Source: Thermoproteota archaeon (GTDB lineage: Archaea; Thermoproteota; Thermoprotei; Thermofilales; B9-G17). Taken from it: a stretch of DNA of 33,172 bases. A program made the translations under genes and the position numbers. Position 1 is the first letter of the stretch. Each line of letters begins with the position of its first letter. Location of the stretch: contig JAPDJW010000025.1 in assembly GCA_029258885.1 (NCBI GenBank), positions 1 to 33,172 of the forward strand. The letters are read 5' to 3'. The notes below the pieces were generated by a model. That model did not search any database and was not told the origin of the DNA. It saw nothing but the letters and a program-made list of their open reading frames with translations. Shown here piece by piece: positions 16,918 through 26,518 of this stretch.

Positions 16918-16966
16918 ATGAAGAAACTGACCTGCTCTGACTAGTGAGGAAACGTACCTCCACTGA
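16918..16966 (+). ncRNA. Box C/D sRNA
   Basis: C-like ATGAAGA 16918-24, 12-nt guide, D' CTGA 16937-40, C' GTGAGGA 16944-50, 12-nt guide, D CTGA 16963-66. Confidence 0.82.
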
Positions 16967-17154
16967 TATAATTCTAACTAGGATATAGTTGGGGAGCTAA
17001 CCCAGGATACCTACTCATAGGATTAGGGGCTAAAAGTAGAGAAAACATGAAAATTACAGCAGAAATATACATTTCAAGAGACTGACAAAATTAAAATAAC
17101 TTACTTTAATTCTTATGGCGAAGAAAAGCGGTTGATTAGACTTTATCTTTTAAA

Positions 17155-20100
17155 CTAGGAAGCTATTTTGGAAATTTCTTCGTAAAAGTCCTCTAGTACT
17201 TCTCTATAATCTGCCTTTCCTTCTTCTATCATTTGCATTTTCCTTTCAACTATTCTTGTTCTCTCCTCTGAAATGAGGTCCTCATATTTTGATTTTAGGA
17301 AGTTTAATACTTTTATTCCAAGTTTTGTCGGAATTAATTTCTTTCTTTTTGTTTCTAGTACATAGCCTCTGTCTAGTAGAGTTTTTAATATTTTAGCATA
17401 GGTTGATGGTCTGCCTATGCCTCTCTCTTTCATTAAACTTATTATATCTGCTTGTGTGTATAGGGGTACGGTTATAATCTTCCGATATTTGACTTCCTTG
17501 ATCCCGTATTTGCCTTCCTTAAGCTTAAGTATTGTGAAAGGATTATACGATAAAGTAAATCCTTTTTCGATTATATCCACAACTCCATCTATCTCCTTTA
17601 CCAAGTTTCCTGCAGTAATTCTATATTTTCCGCGTTTTATCTTGGCCGGAGTCATTTGGCTGGCGATGAACCTACGGAAGATTAAGTCGTATAGGATATA
17701 ATGTCTTTTAGTTAGTGGCCTTGCCGTACGTAAAATACCGCTCATTATTAATTCCCTAATGCGGGAAGCATCGAAGGGGCGCGTAGGCCTTATACATTCA
17801 TGTGCTCCTTCTTTCATCCATTCTCGTCCTACAAAATAATTGGAACCATATTCCTGGGTTATGTATTCACGTGCAATATTTCTTCCAACAGCTGAAACAC
17901 GGGTGCTGTCGGTTCTATGGTAGGTTATAAGACCCATTTCGAAAAGGTCCTGAGCTAAGCGCATTACTTCATCGACTCCTACCTTGAGTATCCTAGAGGC
18001 TTCCTTTAACATGGAATCCGTTGAGTAGGGCGGAGGAGGATTAACCTTCTCCTCGGATACACTAGCTAGTACTATATTACAGATTTTCTTTTCAATTAAT
18101 TGTTGTCTTATATTTTTCGCTTCATTTCGATCCTTTATATCTAAGTTATCAAAAACTATGGTAACATCATTATCAAGAGTAACTAGAAAAACGTATTTCT
18201 TGCTCTCTTTTGCTTCCTCAAATCTACTAACTATCCAGTCAAGAACTGGCGTTTGAACTCTACCAGCCGATAGCCACCTGCTCTTAAACTCACTCCATAA
18301 TTTTTGACTTAAAACGAAGCCTATCCATCTGTCCTCAATTCTTCTCACAAGCTGGGCAGCAACTAAACGTTGGTCTATGCTCCTAGGAGCATTTAATGCA
18401 TGAGTAATAGCTCTCTTAGTTACTTCATGAAATTCTATTCTCTTTATTCTGCTATTATATGGTCTTAGGGATAACTCTATATCCCATGCAATCTTCTCAC
18501 CTTCGGTATCAGGATCGGTTCCTAGTAGTATTAAATCGACTTCCTCTGCTAGTTCTCTTAGGGATTGTACCACAGATATCTTATCTATAGCCTCCTTAGA
18601 TTTACACACAGGACAATGCTCATGATCGGTGTATTGCGCTCCACACTTTAGGCATTTCTTAATGGTCGTATATATGGGTATAAACTCTCCATTTAACTTA
18701 AGAACTCCGTGAAAGCCTTCCTTAGTAACTAGATCGAATATGTGTCCTCCAGTTGCCATTATATTTAAAATGTAATTTCCAGTGCTTACCTCGTAGACCA
18801 GGTATTCGCCCACCATTTTTCTCGACGGTTTTCCATAGAAACCGGAAATTGTTCTAGCTTTTGTTGGAGACTCCACCACAAGAAGTGCTGTTTTCACGGG
18901 CTCATGCTTCTTATCTAAAACTTTCCCCGAAAGTACGAGTTGTACTTTCTTTCTATCTTCGTCTATTTCCTCGAGTATTTTTTCAAGATTTATCTCGTCT
19001 AAACTCTTCCAGCTTATTTCCTCACTGTACCATTTCGTCTGTCTTATAAGTCCATTTAATAATTTATCATTGTCCACAATAACCAAGGATAATCCTTTAG
19101 TGATTCCTCCAGCGTACATTCTGGAAGTCCGCCCGGATGCCTGCAGGTACGTCATCGTATCTGGGACATATAAGTAAAGTTCGCTATTCCTTCTTTCAAG
19201 GTATAGATAGGGTGACTGTCTAATATTCTCAAGAACCTCTTCGTTTTGAAAAGCGTACGTAAGCAATTCCTGAAGTTTCACCGATAAATTCTTCAGAAAT
19301 AGTAGTTTTCCTCTTAGCTGAAGTCCCTTCTCGGTAGCTTCAGCTAAAAGCTGTAAAGCTTCGCCGGGGAGTTCGATCATCACGTTACGCATTTTTGCGA
19401 TAATTACATCGATTTGCTTAGCTAAGTCCTCTGTAAGGTAATCCCTTATGTTCATTGCAATTTGCATGAGCCTTATCGGATTGGTGTCCTCGAGAGATAA
19501 TGTGAATTTAAAGCGCGGTACGCCTACAAAGATCGCATATCTAACTCTTTGAGGTAAATCAATGCCCCTTACTAAAAGACCATAATATATGGCGACACCT
19601 ATTAGAACATCAATCTCACAATTTATAAACTTGTCTAGATCCTCCTTTTTACCAGCATGTACTATTCCAACCTTTAATCCCTTACTAGATAAATACTCAT
19701 GTAGCTTCTCAGCGTAGCTTATCCCTTTATCTACGGGTACAAATATTAAGCCTCCGGTACCAAGCTGCCTGACAAGGCTATCTACGATATCGAAAGTGAC
19801 GCCCTTCTTAGGTTTTAAATATACGTCTACAATATTACGCAATAGCTCTGCTCGGCTTCCAACGTCAAATCCCAGCAACTCTCTAAATAACCGAGGCCTA
19901 ATCCCTCGTACTCTTCCGGTGGCTGTTGAAACTACTAGTACTCCTAGCTTTTCACTATTGGATGAAATATATTTTTCAACTTTTTCCCTAAGCTCATTTA
20001 ATTCCCTTGAAATTTCTGGTGGAACATTTTTCCTACGCATTAAGTATTTGACTATAACCATTTTTAATTCTATTATCTTCAATGCATAGCCAATTATTTC

Positions 20101-20829
20101 CTGACTGAAACCTAAAAGCATAAGTACTCTATCAATATTTCGCGAAGACTTAAGAAGAGCATCCACATCGTCCACGAATATGAATTCAAGCTTATTCTCC
20201 CTAATTTTTTCAAAATTTCTGGAGAGAAATTTAGACGTTGTTATAAGAATAGAAAAGTTACCCTCCGTTATCTTCTTCATCATTTCATTTTTCTCCGCCT
20301 TCTTCATTCCAGTATAATAGTAAGCTATATCAACGTTTAATCCCAAATTACTACTGAATTTAACCATTTTCTCTAATACTTGCTTAACGAGGATAGTCGT
20401 CGGAAGAATGATATAACATTTCTGACCAGATTTAGCAAGATAGAGCGACATCAAAATGCCGAAAACAGTCTTACCTACTCCTGTGGGTGCTAATATGGCG
20501 AAGCTTTTCCGTTTAAATACGCGTTTAGCCCAGGTTAGTTGTGCAGACCAAGGTCTATTTCCTAGTGCTTTCTCAAAGAAACGAGAGAAATCATTTATCT
20601 TTTCATCAAACTTAACTATATCTTCATAGTATTTTAATGTGCCATACTGCTTAAGCATATCATAAACTCTTCTTCTAAATTCTATATCGCTCTCACAAGT
20701 CCTCCTTAATTCCTTTATTTTCTCGATAGAGAGGGGAAGACAGGAACTACAAGGGACTCCTAGGTATATTCTATCATACTCATTTCTACCCTTACAGTTT
20801 GGACAGGATAAATCGTAAATTACCTTCAT
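17155..20829 (-). CDS. rgy: Reverse gyrase
   Basis: N-terminal Zn finger, APTGVGKT, FVDDVD, YLQASGRTSR, VVESPTKA, second Zn finger, DPDTEGE, ITYHRTDS and GIGRPSTY. Confidence 0.98.
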   Translation of the reverse strand: MKVIYDLSCPNCKGRNEYDRIYLGVPCSSCLPLSIEKIKELRRTCESDIEFRRRVYDMLKQYGTLKYYEDIVKFDEKINDFSRFFEKALGNRPWSAQLTWAKRVFKRKSFAILAPTGVGKTVFGILMSLYLAKSGQKCYIILPTTILVKQVLEKMVKFSSNLGLNVDIAYYYTGMKKAEKNEMMKKITEGNFSILITTSKFLSRNFEKIRENKLEFIFVDDVDALLKSSRNIDRVLMLLGFSQEIIGYALKIIELKMVIVKYLMRRKNVPPEISRELNELREKVEKYISSNSEKLGVLVVSTATGRVRGIRPRLFRELLGFDVGSRAELLRNIVDVYLKPKKGVTFDIVDSLVRQLGTGGLIFVPVDKGISYAEKLHEYLSSKGLKVGIVHAGKKEDLDKFINCEIDVLIGVAIYYGLLVRGIDLPQRVRYAIFVGVPRFKFTLSLEDTNPIRLMQIAMNIRDYLTEDLAKQIDVIIAKMRNVMIELPGEALQLLAEATEKGLQLRGKLLFLKNLSVKLQELLTYAFQNEEVLENIRQSPYLYLERRNSELYLYVPDTMTYLQASGRTSRMYAGGITKGLSLVIVDNDKLLNGLIRQTKWYSEEISWKSLDEINLEKILEEIDEDRKKVQLVLSGKVLDKKHEPVKTALLVVESPTKARTISGFYGKPSRKMVGEYLVYEVSTGNYILNIMATGGHIFDLVTKEGFHGVLKLNGEFIPIYTTIKKCLKCGAQYTDHEHCPVCKSKEAIDKISVVQSLRELAEEVDLILLGTDPDTEGEKIAWDIELSLRPYNSRIKRIEFHEVTKRAITHALNAPRSIDQRLVAAQLVRRIEDRWIGFVLSQKLWSEFKSRWLSAGRVQTPVLDWIVSRFEEAKESKKYVFLVTLDNDVTIVFDNLDIKDRNEAKNIRQQLIEKKICNIVLASVSEEKVNPPPPYSTDSMLKEASRILKVGVDEVMRLAQDLFEMGLITYHRTDSTRVSAVGRNIAREYITQEYGSNYFVGREWMKEGAHECIRPTRPFDASRIRELIMSGILRTARPLTKRHYILYDLIFRRFIASQMTPAKIKRGKYRITAGNLVKEIDGVVDIIEKGFTLSYNPFTILKLKEGKYGIKEVKYRKIITVPLYTQADIISLMKERGIGRPSTYAKILKTLLDRGYVLETKRKKLIPTKLGIKVLNFLKSKYEDLISEERTRIVERKMQMIEEGKADYREVLEDFYEEISKIAS

Positions 20830-20955
20830 ATTCAGACCGTATATTCCGATAACACTAGTGTTTCATAAAAGTTTCGTAATAAATATTCTAAGACTAGAGT
20901 TATAGTATAAAAATCATATGATATTTAAAAAATACTAAAAAAAGTTAAAGGTTTT

Positions 20956-21906
20956 TTATGCTAGACCCGCTCTACGTAAAAGCCACTTCCAGTTTTCTTC
21001 AATGTCCTTCTTTAGTAGATCAAGCATCCATTTGTTTTCGGGCCTTAATAAATGCCTAAATCTACCCTGTTTCTCTAAGTATTCCTCTAGTGGTCTGGGC
21101 TTCTTAATCATTACGTTTATTTTATATTCGCCCTTTTCAACTTCGTATAACGGCCACACTCTAGTTAGCACTGCTAACCTTGCAATCTCTATGCTGAGAG
21201 AGGGGTCAAATCTCCACCCTGTAGGGCATGGATTAAAGTAGTGAATAACCGCCGGTCCTTCTACGGCATCGGCCTTAACGATCTTATTATACAAGTCAAC
21301 GGGATAAGCGGGGTTTGCTGTCGCAGCATATTCAATTCCGTGAGCTACAGCTATCTCGACTAAGTTCTTTTTCCTTTCAGGTTTTCCTGGAATAACCGTA
21401 CCAGCTGGACTTGTTGTGGTAGCAGCACCTCTGGGCGTTGCGCTGGATCTTTGAATACCTGTGTTCATATATGCCTCATTATCATAGCATATGTAAACAA
21501 AGTCATGCCCTCTTTCAAGAGCTCCACTTAATGCTTGGAGGCCTATGTCAAATGTTCCGCCGTCGCCTCCAAAGACGATTATGTGAGGCTTCTTTACGCC
21601 GAACTTTTTCTCCAGGATCTTAAATGCCGCCTCTACTCCTCCCGCTGTTGCAGCAGCGTTTTCGAAGGCGTTGTGCACCCACGGAATTTTCCAGCTACTA
21701 TATGGATATATTGTTGTGGCTACTTCAAGGCATCCAGTTGCATTAATGACTATCTTAGGATCGGGTATAGCTTTTAGAACTATCCTTACTAATTGTGGCG
21801 CGCCACACCCGGCACAGAGTCTATGTCCGGGTGCTAAGTATTCATATTTTTGACCTGGGATTTCTTTTATAGATTTAATTAACCTTAGTTCGGACATAAC
21901 CTTCAC
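20956..21906 (-). CDS. porB: Pyruvate/2-ketoisovalerate:ferredoxin oxidoreductase beta subunit
   Basis: GHRLCAGCG, TGCLE, GGDGGTFDIG, YDNEAYMNTGIQRS and PCPTGW. Substrate specificity not determinable. Confidence 0.92.
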   Translation of the reverse strand: MKVMSELRLIKSIKEIPGQKYEYLAPGHRLCAGCGAPQLVRIVLKAIPDPKIVINATGCLEVATTIYPYSSWKIPWVHNAFENAAATAGGVEAAFKILEKKFGVKKPHIIVFGGDGGTFDIGLQALSGALERGHDFVYICYDNEAYMNTGIQRSSATPRGAATTTSPAGTVIPGKPERKKNLVEIAVAHGIEYAATANPAYPVDLYNKIVKADAVEGPAVIHYFNPCPTGWRFDPSLSIEIARLAVLTRVWPLYEVEKGEYKINVMIKKPRPLEEYLEKQGRFRHLLRPENKWMLDLLKKDIEENWKWLLRRAGLA

Positions 21907-21909
21907 CTC

Positions 21910-23088
21910 CTACTCCCTAACACCTATCCATATTTCCTTCTTTTCTACGATACCCTTTCTGAGATACTCCTTAGCTATATTAAACACGAACTTAACATGA
22001 TCCGCTGTCAGGTCACGTCCACCCAAGCCGTATACAACGTTGAACAACATGGGTTTCTCCTCTACATTATAGAGCGTTGCAGCTATATCGGAAAATAGAG
22101 GAGCTCCCGGTGCGCCATAGCTGTATGCTCTATCCATTACTGCCAGTACTTTTACGTTTTTCACTGCATTCATTAATTCCTTCTCTGGGAATGGACGATA
22201 TAATGTTAAGCTTAAGACACCTACCTTCTCACCCTTGGATCTAAGATCTCTAACTACTGTTCTGATGGTTCCAGCAGCTGATCCTAGTACAACAATAGCC
22301 ACTTCTGCATCATCCATGAAATAAGCCTTTACAGGACTGTACTTCCTTCCACTCACCTCACTATATTCTCTCATGATATTGACGATTTTACCGTAAGCCT
22401 CCTTCACGGCTTCAGCTTGCTGTCTCTTCATTTCGATGTAATAGTCGTAAAGTGCTAGTGGACCATAGGTCGTAGGCTTCTCTACATCTATAGGATAGGG
22501 GTATATTGGCCTTTTATCTGGAAGGAACCTCTTTACATCATTATCATCTAATACTTCAACTCCCTCAAGAGAGTGAGTAAGTATAAAAGCATCGAGGTTA
22601 ACTATTGCTGGTAAAAGACAGCTTTCAGCAGACTTGAATGCTATCAATGTCAAATCATAGGCTTCTTGTACATTCTCGGAGAAGAATTCAATCCATCCGG
22701 CATCTCTGGCCGCCATAGCATCATCATGACTACAATGTATATTTATTGGTGCAGAAAATGCTCTATTACCAAGTGCCATGACAATCGGTAACCTTAAGGA
22801 CGATGCTATCCAGAGAATTTCGTACATTAACGCGAGACCTTGGCTTGCGGTAGCCGTAAATACTCGCGCACCCGTTAACGCCGCACCTACTGTTGCGGAA
22901 AGCGCAGAATGTTCCGACTCTACAGGTACGAACGCTGCCTCTAGCTCACCATTATGAACGTATTCGCTTAACCTCTCAACGATTATTGTTTGGGGCGTAA
23001 TAGGATATGCTGCGATAACGTCTACATTCGTTTGTTTAACAGCGTATGCAACAGCCTCATCACCATTTAAACCTATTATTTTACCCAT
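21910..23088 (-). CDS. porA: 2-oxoacid:ferredoxin oxidoreductase alpha subunit
   Basis: AYPITPQT, ESEHSA, TATASQGL and YGLGGRD motifs; start moved to ATG 23088. Confidence 0.93.
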   Translation of the reverse strand: MGKIIGLNGDEAVAYAVKQTNVDVIAAYPITPQTIIVERLSEYVHNGELEAAFVPVESEHSALSATVGAALTGARVFTATASQGLALMYEILWIASSLRLPIVMALGNRAFSAPINIHCSHDDAMAARDAGWIEFFSENVQEAYDLTLIAFKSAESCLLPAIVNLDAFILTHSLEGVEVLDDNDVKRFLPDKRPIYPYPIDVEKPTTYGPLALYDYYIEMKRQQAEAVKEAYGKIVNIMREYSEVSGRKYSPVKAYFMDDAEVAIVVLGSAAGTIRTVVRDLRSKGEKVGVLSLTLYRPFPEKELMNAVKNVKVLAVMDRAYSYGAPGAPLFSDIAATLYNVEEKPMLFNVVYGLGGRDLTADHVKFVFNIAKEYLRKGIVEKKEIWIGVRE

Positions 23089-23089
23089 C

Positions 23090-23377
23090 TCACTCTCCCT
23101 CCGGAACCATAACAATAGCTTTAACTGGACAAACATTAGAGCATATTCCGCATCCCTTACAGTAATCGTAGTCTATCTCAATGCTATCGTCGTCATGCCT
23201 AATTATAGCTGGCTCCGGGCAATGGATCCAGCAGAGCAAACATTTAATACATTTCTCCTTGTTGTGCACGGGTTTAAATGCTCTCCATGTGCCCGTTTTA
23301 TACTCTAAGCTTGTTGGGGTATTGGGTATTATACCTGCAAACGGGATCTCCTTCCAACCCAACAATTTCTTACTCAT
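23090..23377 (-). CDS. porD: 2-oxoacid:ferredoxin oxidoreductase delta subunit (2x[4Fe-4S])
   Basis: KTGTWRAFKP, CIKCLLCWIHCP and YCKGCGICSNVCP; start ATG 23377. Confidence 0.93.
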   Translation of the reverse strand: MSKKLLGWKEIPFAGIIPNTPTSLEYKTGTWRAFKPVHNKEKCIKCLLCWIHCPEPAIIRHDDDSIEIDYDYCKGCGICSNVCPVKAIVMVPEGE

Positions 23378-23927
23378 ACCTCTTAACCTCCTCATACGCC
23401 TTCTTTATAGCTATAATGTTCTTTTCGGCTATTTCAGCTTTAAATTTACTCTCTGTAACCTTAATTACGGAATCTAGCTTTACAAGTCCTGTTGCCTTAA
23501 CACATGCTCCAAGCATAGGAGTATTATAGAATGGCCTCTTGAAGATGTTTATAGCAATGGTGTATGCATCGACGTAGTATAGGTTGAGATCAAGGTCCTT
23601 AGCAGCCGATGCTAATTTATCCGGAACTCTTTTTGCGTTAATTACTATAGTTCCACCCTTCTTAATTCCTTCTAATATCATATCAATTCTCGTAAGTAGT
23701 GTAGGATCTATAACCACCACTATATCTGGCGTATATATTCCAGTGTGAATTTCTATAGGTTCATTTGAAATTCTCGTAAAAGCCCTGACAGGGGCGCCTC
23801 TCCTTTCAGGACCGAACTCAGGGAAGTGTTGCACATATTTTCCCTCTAAAAGAGCAGCTCTAGCTAGTAGTTCGCTAGAAGTTACTACTCCCTGACCGCC
23901 TCTACCATGCCAACGTACCTCGATCAA
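23370..23927 (-). CDS. porG: 2-oxoacid:ferredoxin oxidoreductase gamma subunit
   Basis: EVRWHGRGGQG, FGPERRGAPV, PDIVVVIDP and NTPMLGA; TTG start after GAGGTG SD. Confidence 0.93.
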   Translation of the reverse strand: MIEVRWHGRGGQGVVTSSELLARAALLEGKYVQHFPEFGPERRGAPVRAFTRISNEPIEIHTGIYTPDIVVVIDPTLLTRIDMILEGIKKGGTIVINAKRVPDKLASAAKDLDLNLYYVDAYTIAINIFKRPFYNTPMLGACVKATGLVKLDSVIKVTESKFKAEIAEKNIIAIKKAYEEVKRYE

Positions 23928-24111
23928 ACTCTCCACCTCAAAAAACACTTATACACATACTTAAATCAAATATATATTTTGTTACTAACACCTAGCTCTA
24001 AATCCAGTATTAAATATTGCAATTAATTCTACCAGATATGGTTAAATCCAGACATACTTGATCTAACTTCTTCTACTCTACTCAAAATAATAAAGCAAGA
24101 ACGTATCCAGG

Positions 24112-25050
24112 TTAATATCCTATAACATACCCTTTCATGAAGTTTAAGATTGCAAGTACTATAAAGATCGCTTCCTCTGTTCTCACTGTACGAACACCCT
24201 GTCTGTAGATGAAGTTAATGGTATATTCAGAACATTTATCTAGATCAAGTCCATATGACGAAAATATTTCATAAAGTCCTCGCTTAGGAGAACCGAATAG
24301 AATAAGGATCCTCCTTTTTGACTTCATCTTGTTTAGCACATCCTCCCATATCCTCCTCAGTTCAATACCGTATCTTGATGTAGCGATAATCCCCTTCCCT
24401 TCAGCCTTATATCTACGAAGCATACATTTCAGGTCGCTCTCTACAAATACTTTGTATCCCCAGTATATCCCGTATTTCCTGGGATCAATTACCGCAAACT
24501 CCTCCTTTTTCTTAACAATTAATAGAGTCAGTCTCCTGTTAGGCTTTAACCTCTTTCTAACACATAATACACGATCGAGCCCCGCCTCTAAAAGAGAAAC
24601 GCCCTTATTTGATTCCAGTACGATGCAGTCTCTTAAGCAAATATCGGGTAGATCTTCGAACCTCTTTTCTAAGGGATGATGCTGTGTTCTCAAGGGCGGC
24701 AATATACCTACGTATCTTAAATCTTTATCTAGCTTAAAAGCATGTTTTCTTAAATACTGTGGAGTTTCCATATACTGTAGTATCTTTTTAATAAGCCTAC
24801 TCTCGTCTTTATATGCAGGATCTCTAAAAATTATAACTTTTTGAACCTTAAATATCGCCGCTGCTCTGCCTATTTCACCTATTTTCCTAGTTTTACTCAT
24901 TAACTCAGTACAATCTTCCAATAAGGAGGATGGTATAGCTAGGTCAAATAGAGGATAAGATAGGGTATTATATGTTTGCTTTAAGCTATCAATTATTTTT
25001 TCTAAACTACGAAGCTCTCTAAGGAATACTTTATCCCTCACTTTATTCAA
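24112..25050 (-). CDS. SPOUT-family RNA methyltransferase (DUF171/COG2106-like)
   Basis: IGRAAAIFKV, YMETPQYLRK, GILPPLR, YWGY, LFGSP and TVRTEEA motifs. Confidence 0.88.
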   Translation of the reverse strand: MNKVRDKVFLRELRSLEKIIDSLKQTYNTLSYPLFDLAIPSSLLEDCTELMSKTRKIGEIGRAAAIFKVQKVIIFRDPAYKDESRLIKKILQYMETPQYLRKHAFKLDKDLRYVGILPPLRTQHHPLEKRFEDLPDICLRDCIVLESNKGVSLLEAGLDRVLCVRKRLKPNRRLTLLIVKKKEEFAVIDPRKYGIYWGYKVFVESDLKCMLRRYKAEGKGIIATSRYGIELRRIWEDVLNKMKSKRRILILFGSPKRGLYEIFSSYGLDLDKCSEYTINFIYRQGVRTVRTEEAIFIVLAILNFMKGYVIGY

Positions 25051-25061
25051 CGCTTATCAGT

Positions 25062-25169
25062 TTATTTACCCTTCTTCTTTTTCCCCTTTTCTTTCTTTTT
25101 TGATTTTTCCTCTCTTTCCTTAGCAAATTCCGTACCAAAGAAGATGGAAGTTTTTTGTCTACCACCCAT
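25062..25169 (-). CDS. Putative 35-aa lysine-rich basic microprotein (not in ORF track)
   Basis: MGGRQKTSIFFGTEFAKEREEKSKKKEKGKKKKGK*. Its ATG lies inside the last codons of the upstream wHTH gene and its stop is 11 nt before the SPOUT start. Confidence 0.55.
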   Translation of the reverse strand: MGGRQKTSIFFGTEFAKEREEKSKKKEKGKKKKGK

Positions 25170-25392
25170 GTTTCTCACCCTCGCTAACAAGCCTCCAGTA
25201 AGCAACCTTCCCTCTCTTTACCTCTTCGATCACACCCTCCCTTAACAACTGTCTTAATATATAAAATGTTTGTGAGTGAGTGAGCCCTACTTCTTCTACG
25301 ATCGTTACAGTGGGTAATTCTCCGTGCTTTTTAAGTAGTTCTATTATCTTATTTCTCCTCTCTTTTACCCGGGAAGTTGTCTGACGAGGCAT
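25159..25392 (-). CDS. Small winged-HTH DNA-binding protein (FaeA-like, crenarchaeal type)
   Basis: IIELLKKHGELPTVTIVEEVGLTHSQTFYILRQLLREGVI followed by VKRGKVAYW wing; GGTG SD upstream. Confidence 0.8.
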   Translation of the reverse strand: MPRQTTSRVKERRNKIIELLKKHGELPTVTIVEEVGLTHSQTFYILRQLLREGVIEEVKRGKVAYWRLVSEGEKHGW

Positions 25393-25628
25393 AAAAACAC
25401 CTTTAATTATCTCTTAAGTAATTCACGATAGTCCTTAATAATATTTACTTCATAATCATAAGATGTGCTAAATACGAACTGCCTGCAGCTTTGTATAATT
25501 CATTTCCTCAATACAAGCTAGTGTTATTTCCTCTGGAATACTTTAATCGGATATAAAAGAGAAAAAAGTATATTAATTCTTAACGCTATTAAGTTATTTA
25601 CTATAAACTTTTTTCGTAGATGTAGGGG

Positions 25629-26480
25629 ATGCAAGTGCGTGTTATGGATATAATGTCAAAAGACGTAGTTTATGCAGAAATCCCTGGTACGAGAAGGGAA
25701 GTTCTCGAGTTAATGAGCAGAACCGGGTATTCATCATTACCTGTAGTTAAGAAAGATACTGGAAAATATGTTGGTATGGTTTCTTTGTCTGATATGGTTG
25801 AGAAATCAGATGAAGAACAATTGGCGTTGCTTGTGAATAGAAGCGTGCCGAGCGTATCACCGGAGGACGAGCTGAAAAAGATAGCTGAAATTATGCTAAA
25901 AAAGAATATAAGAAAACTGCCGGTCGTAAAGGACGGCAAAGTGGTGGGAATAATATCAATTGCCGATATAGTTCACAAAGCGATTCCCCTCCTAAATATA
26001 AGAGAACCTATAAAGAACATCTTTAGAGAGAAAGTTTTGACAGTATGGGAGGAGACACCCCTTAACGTTGCCTTAAAGATTATGAAGTTAGCTAAAACAA
26101 ACGTGCTAATAGCATTAGATATTAACCTAAAGCCTTCAGGCATCATTACCGAGGCTGATATCATTACTCAAGCAAAGATTGTTTTAATAGAAAGATCATC
26201 AAGCTTAACAGCTCCCTCCGAGGGTACTGAATGGGACTGGGATGTTCAGACAATAATTTATGTTACAAAAGGCGAGCTACACATACCACGCGATATAAAG
26301 GTTAAAGATGTCATGACTAAAAAGATCGTAAGCGTAACCAAATATACTAGTATTAGCAGCTGTGCTAGGATAATGGCCAAGTACGACTACGATCAGCTAC
26401 CTGTCTTAGATGCCGAAGGAAACCTCATCGGAATAATATTTGATGTAGACTTGGTTAAGGCCGTCGTAAACAGACTATAA
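25629..26480 (+). CDS. CBS-domain protein (two CBS pairs)
   Basis: Repeated VMDIMS/VKDVMT and LPVV/LPVL...GKVVGIIS/GNLIGII motifs. Confidence 0.9.
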   Translation: MQVRVMDIMSKDVVYAEIPGTRREVLELMSRTGYSSLPVVKKDTGKYVGMVSLSDMVEKSDEEQLALLVNRSVPSVSPEDELKKIAEIMLKKNIRKLPVVKDGKVVGIISIADIVHKAIPLLNIREPIKNIFREKVLTVWEETPLNVALKIMKLAKTNVLIALDINLKPSGIITEADIITQAKIVLIERSSSLTAPSEGTEWDWDVQTIIYVTKGELHIPRDIKVKDVMTKKIVSVTKYTSISSCARIMAKYDYDQLPVLDAEGNLIGIIFDVDLVKAVVNRL

Positions 26481-26518
26481 AGCATTTTAGTAGGTCTTGT
26501 AAGTAGCAGGATGACAAT

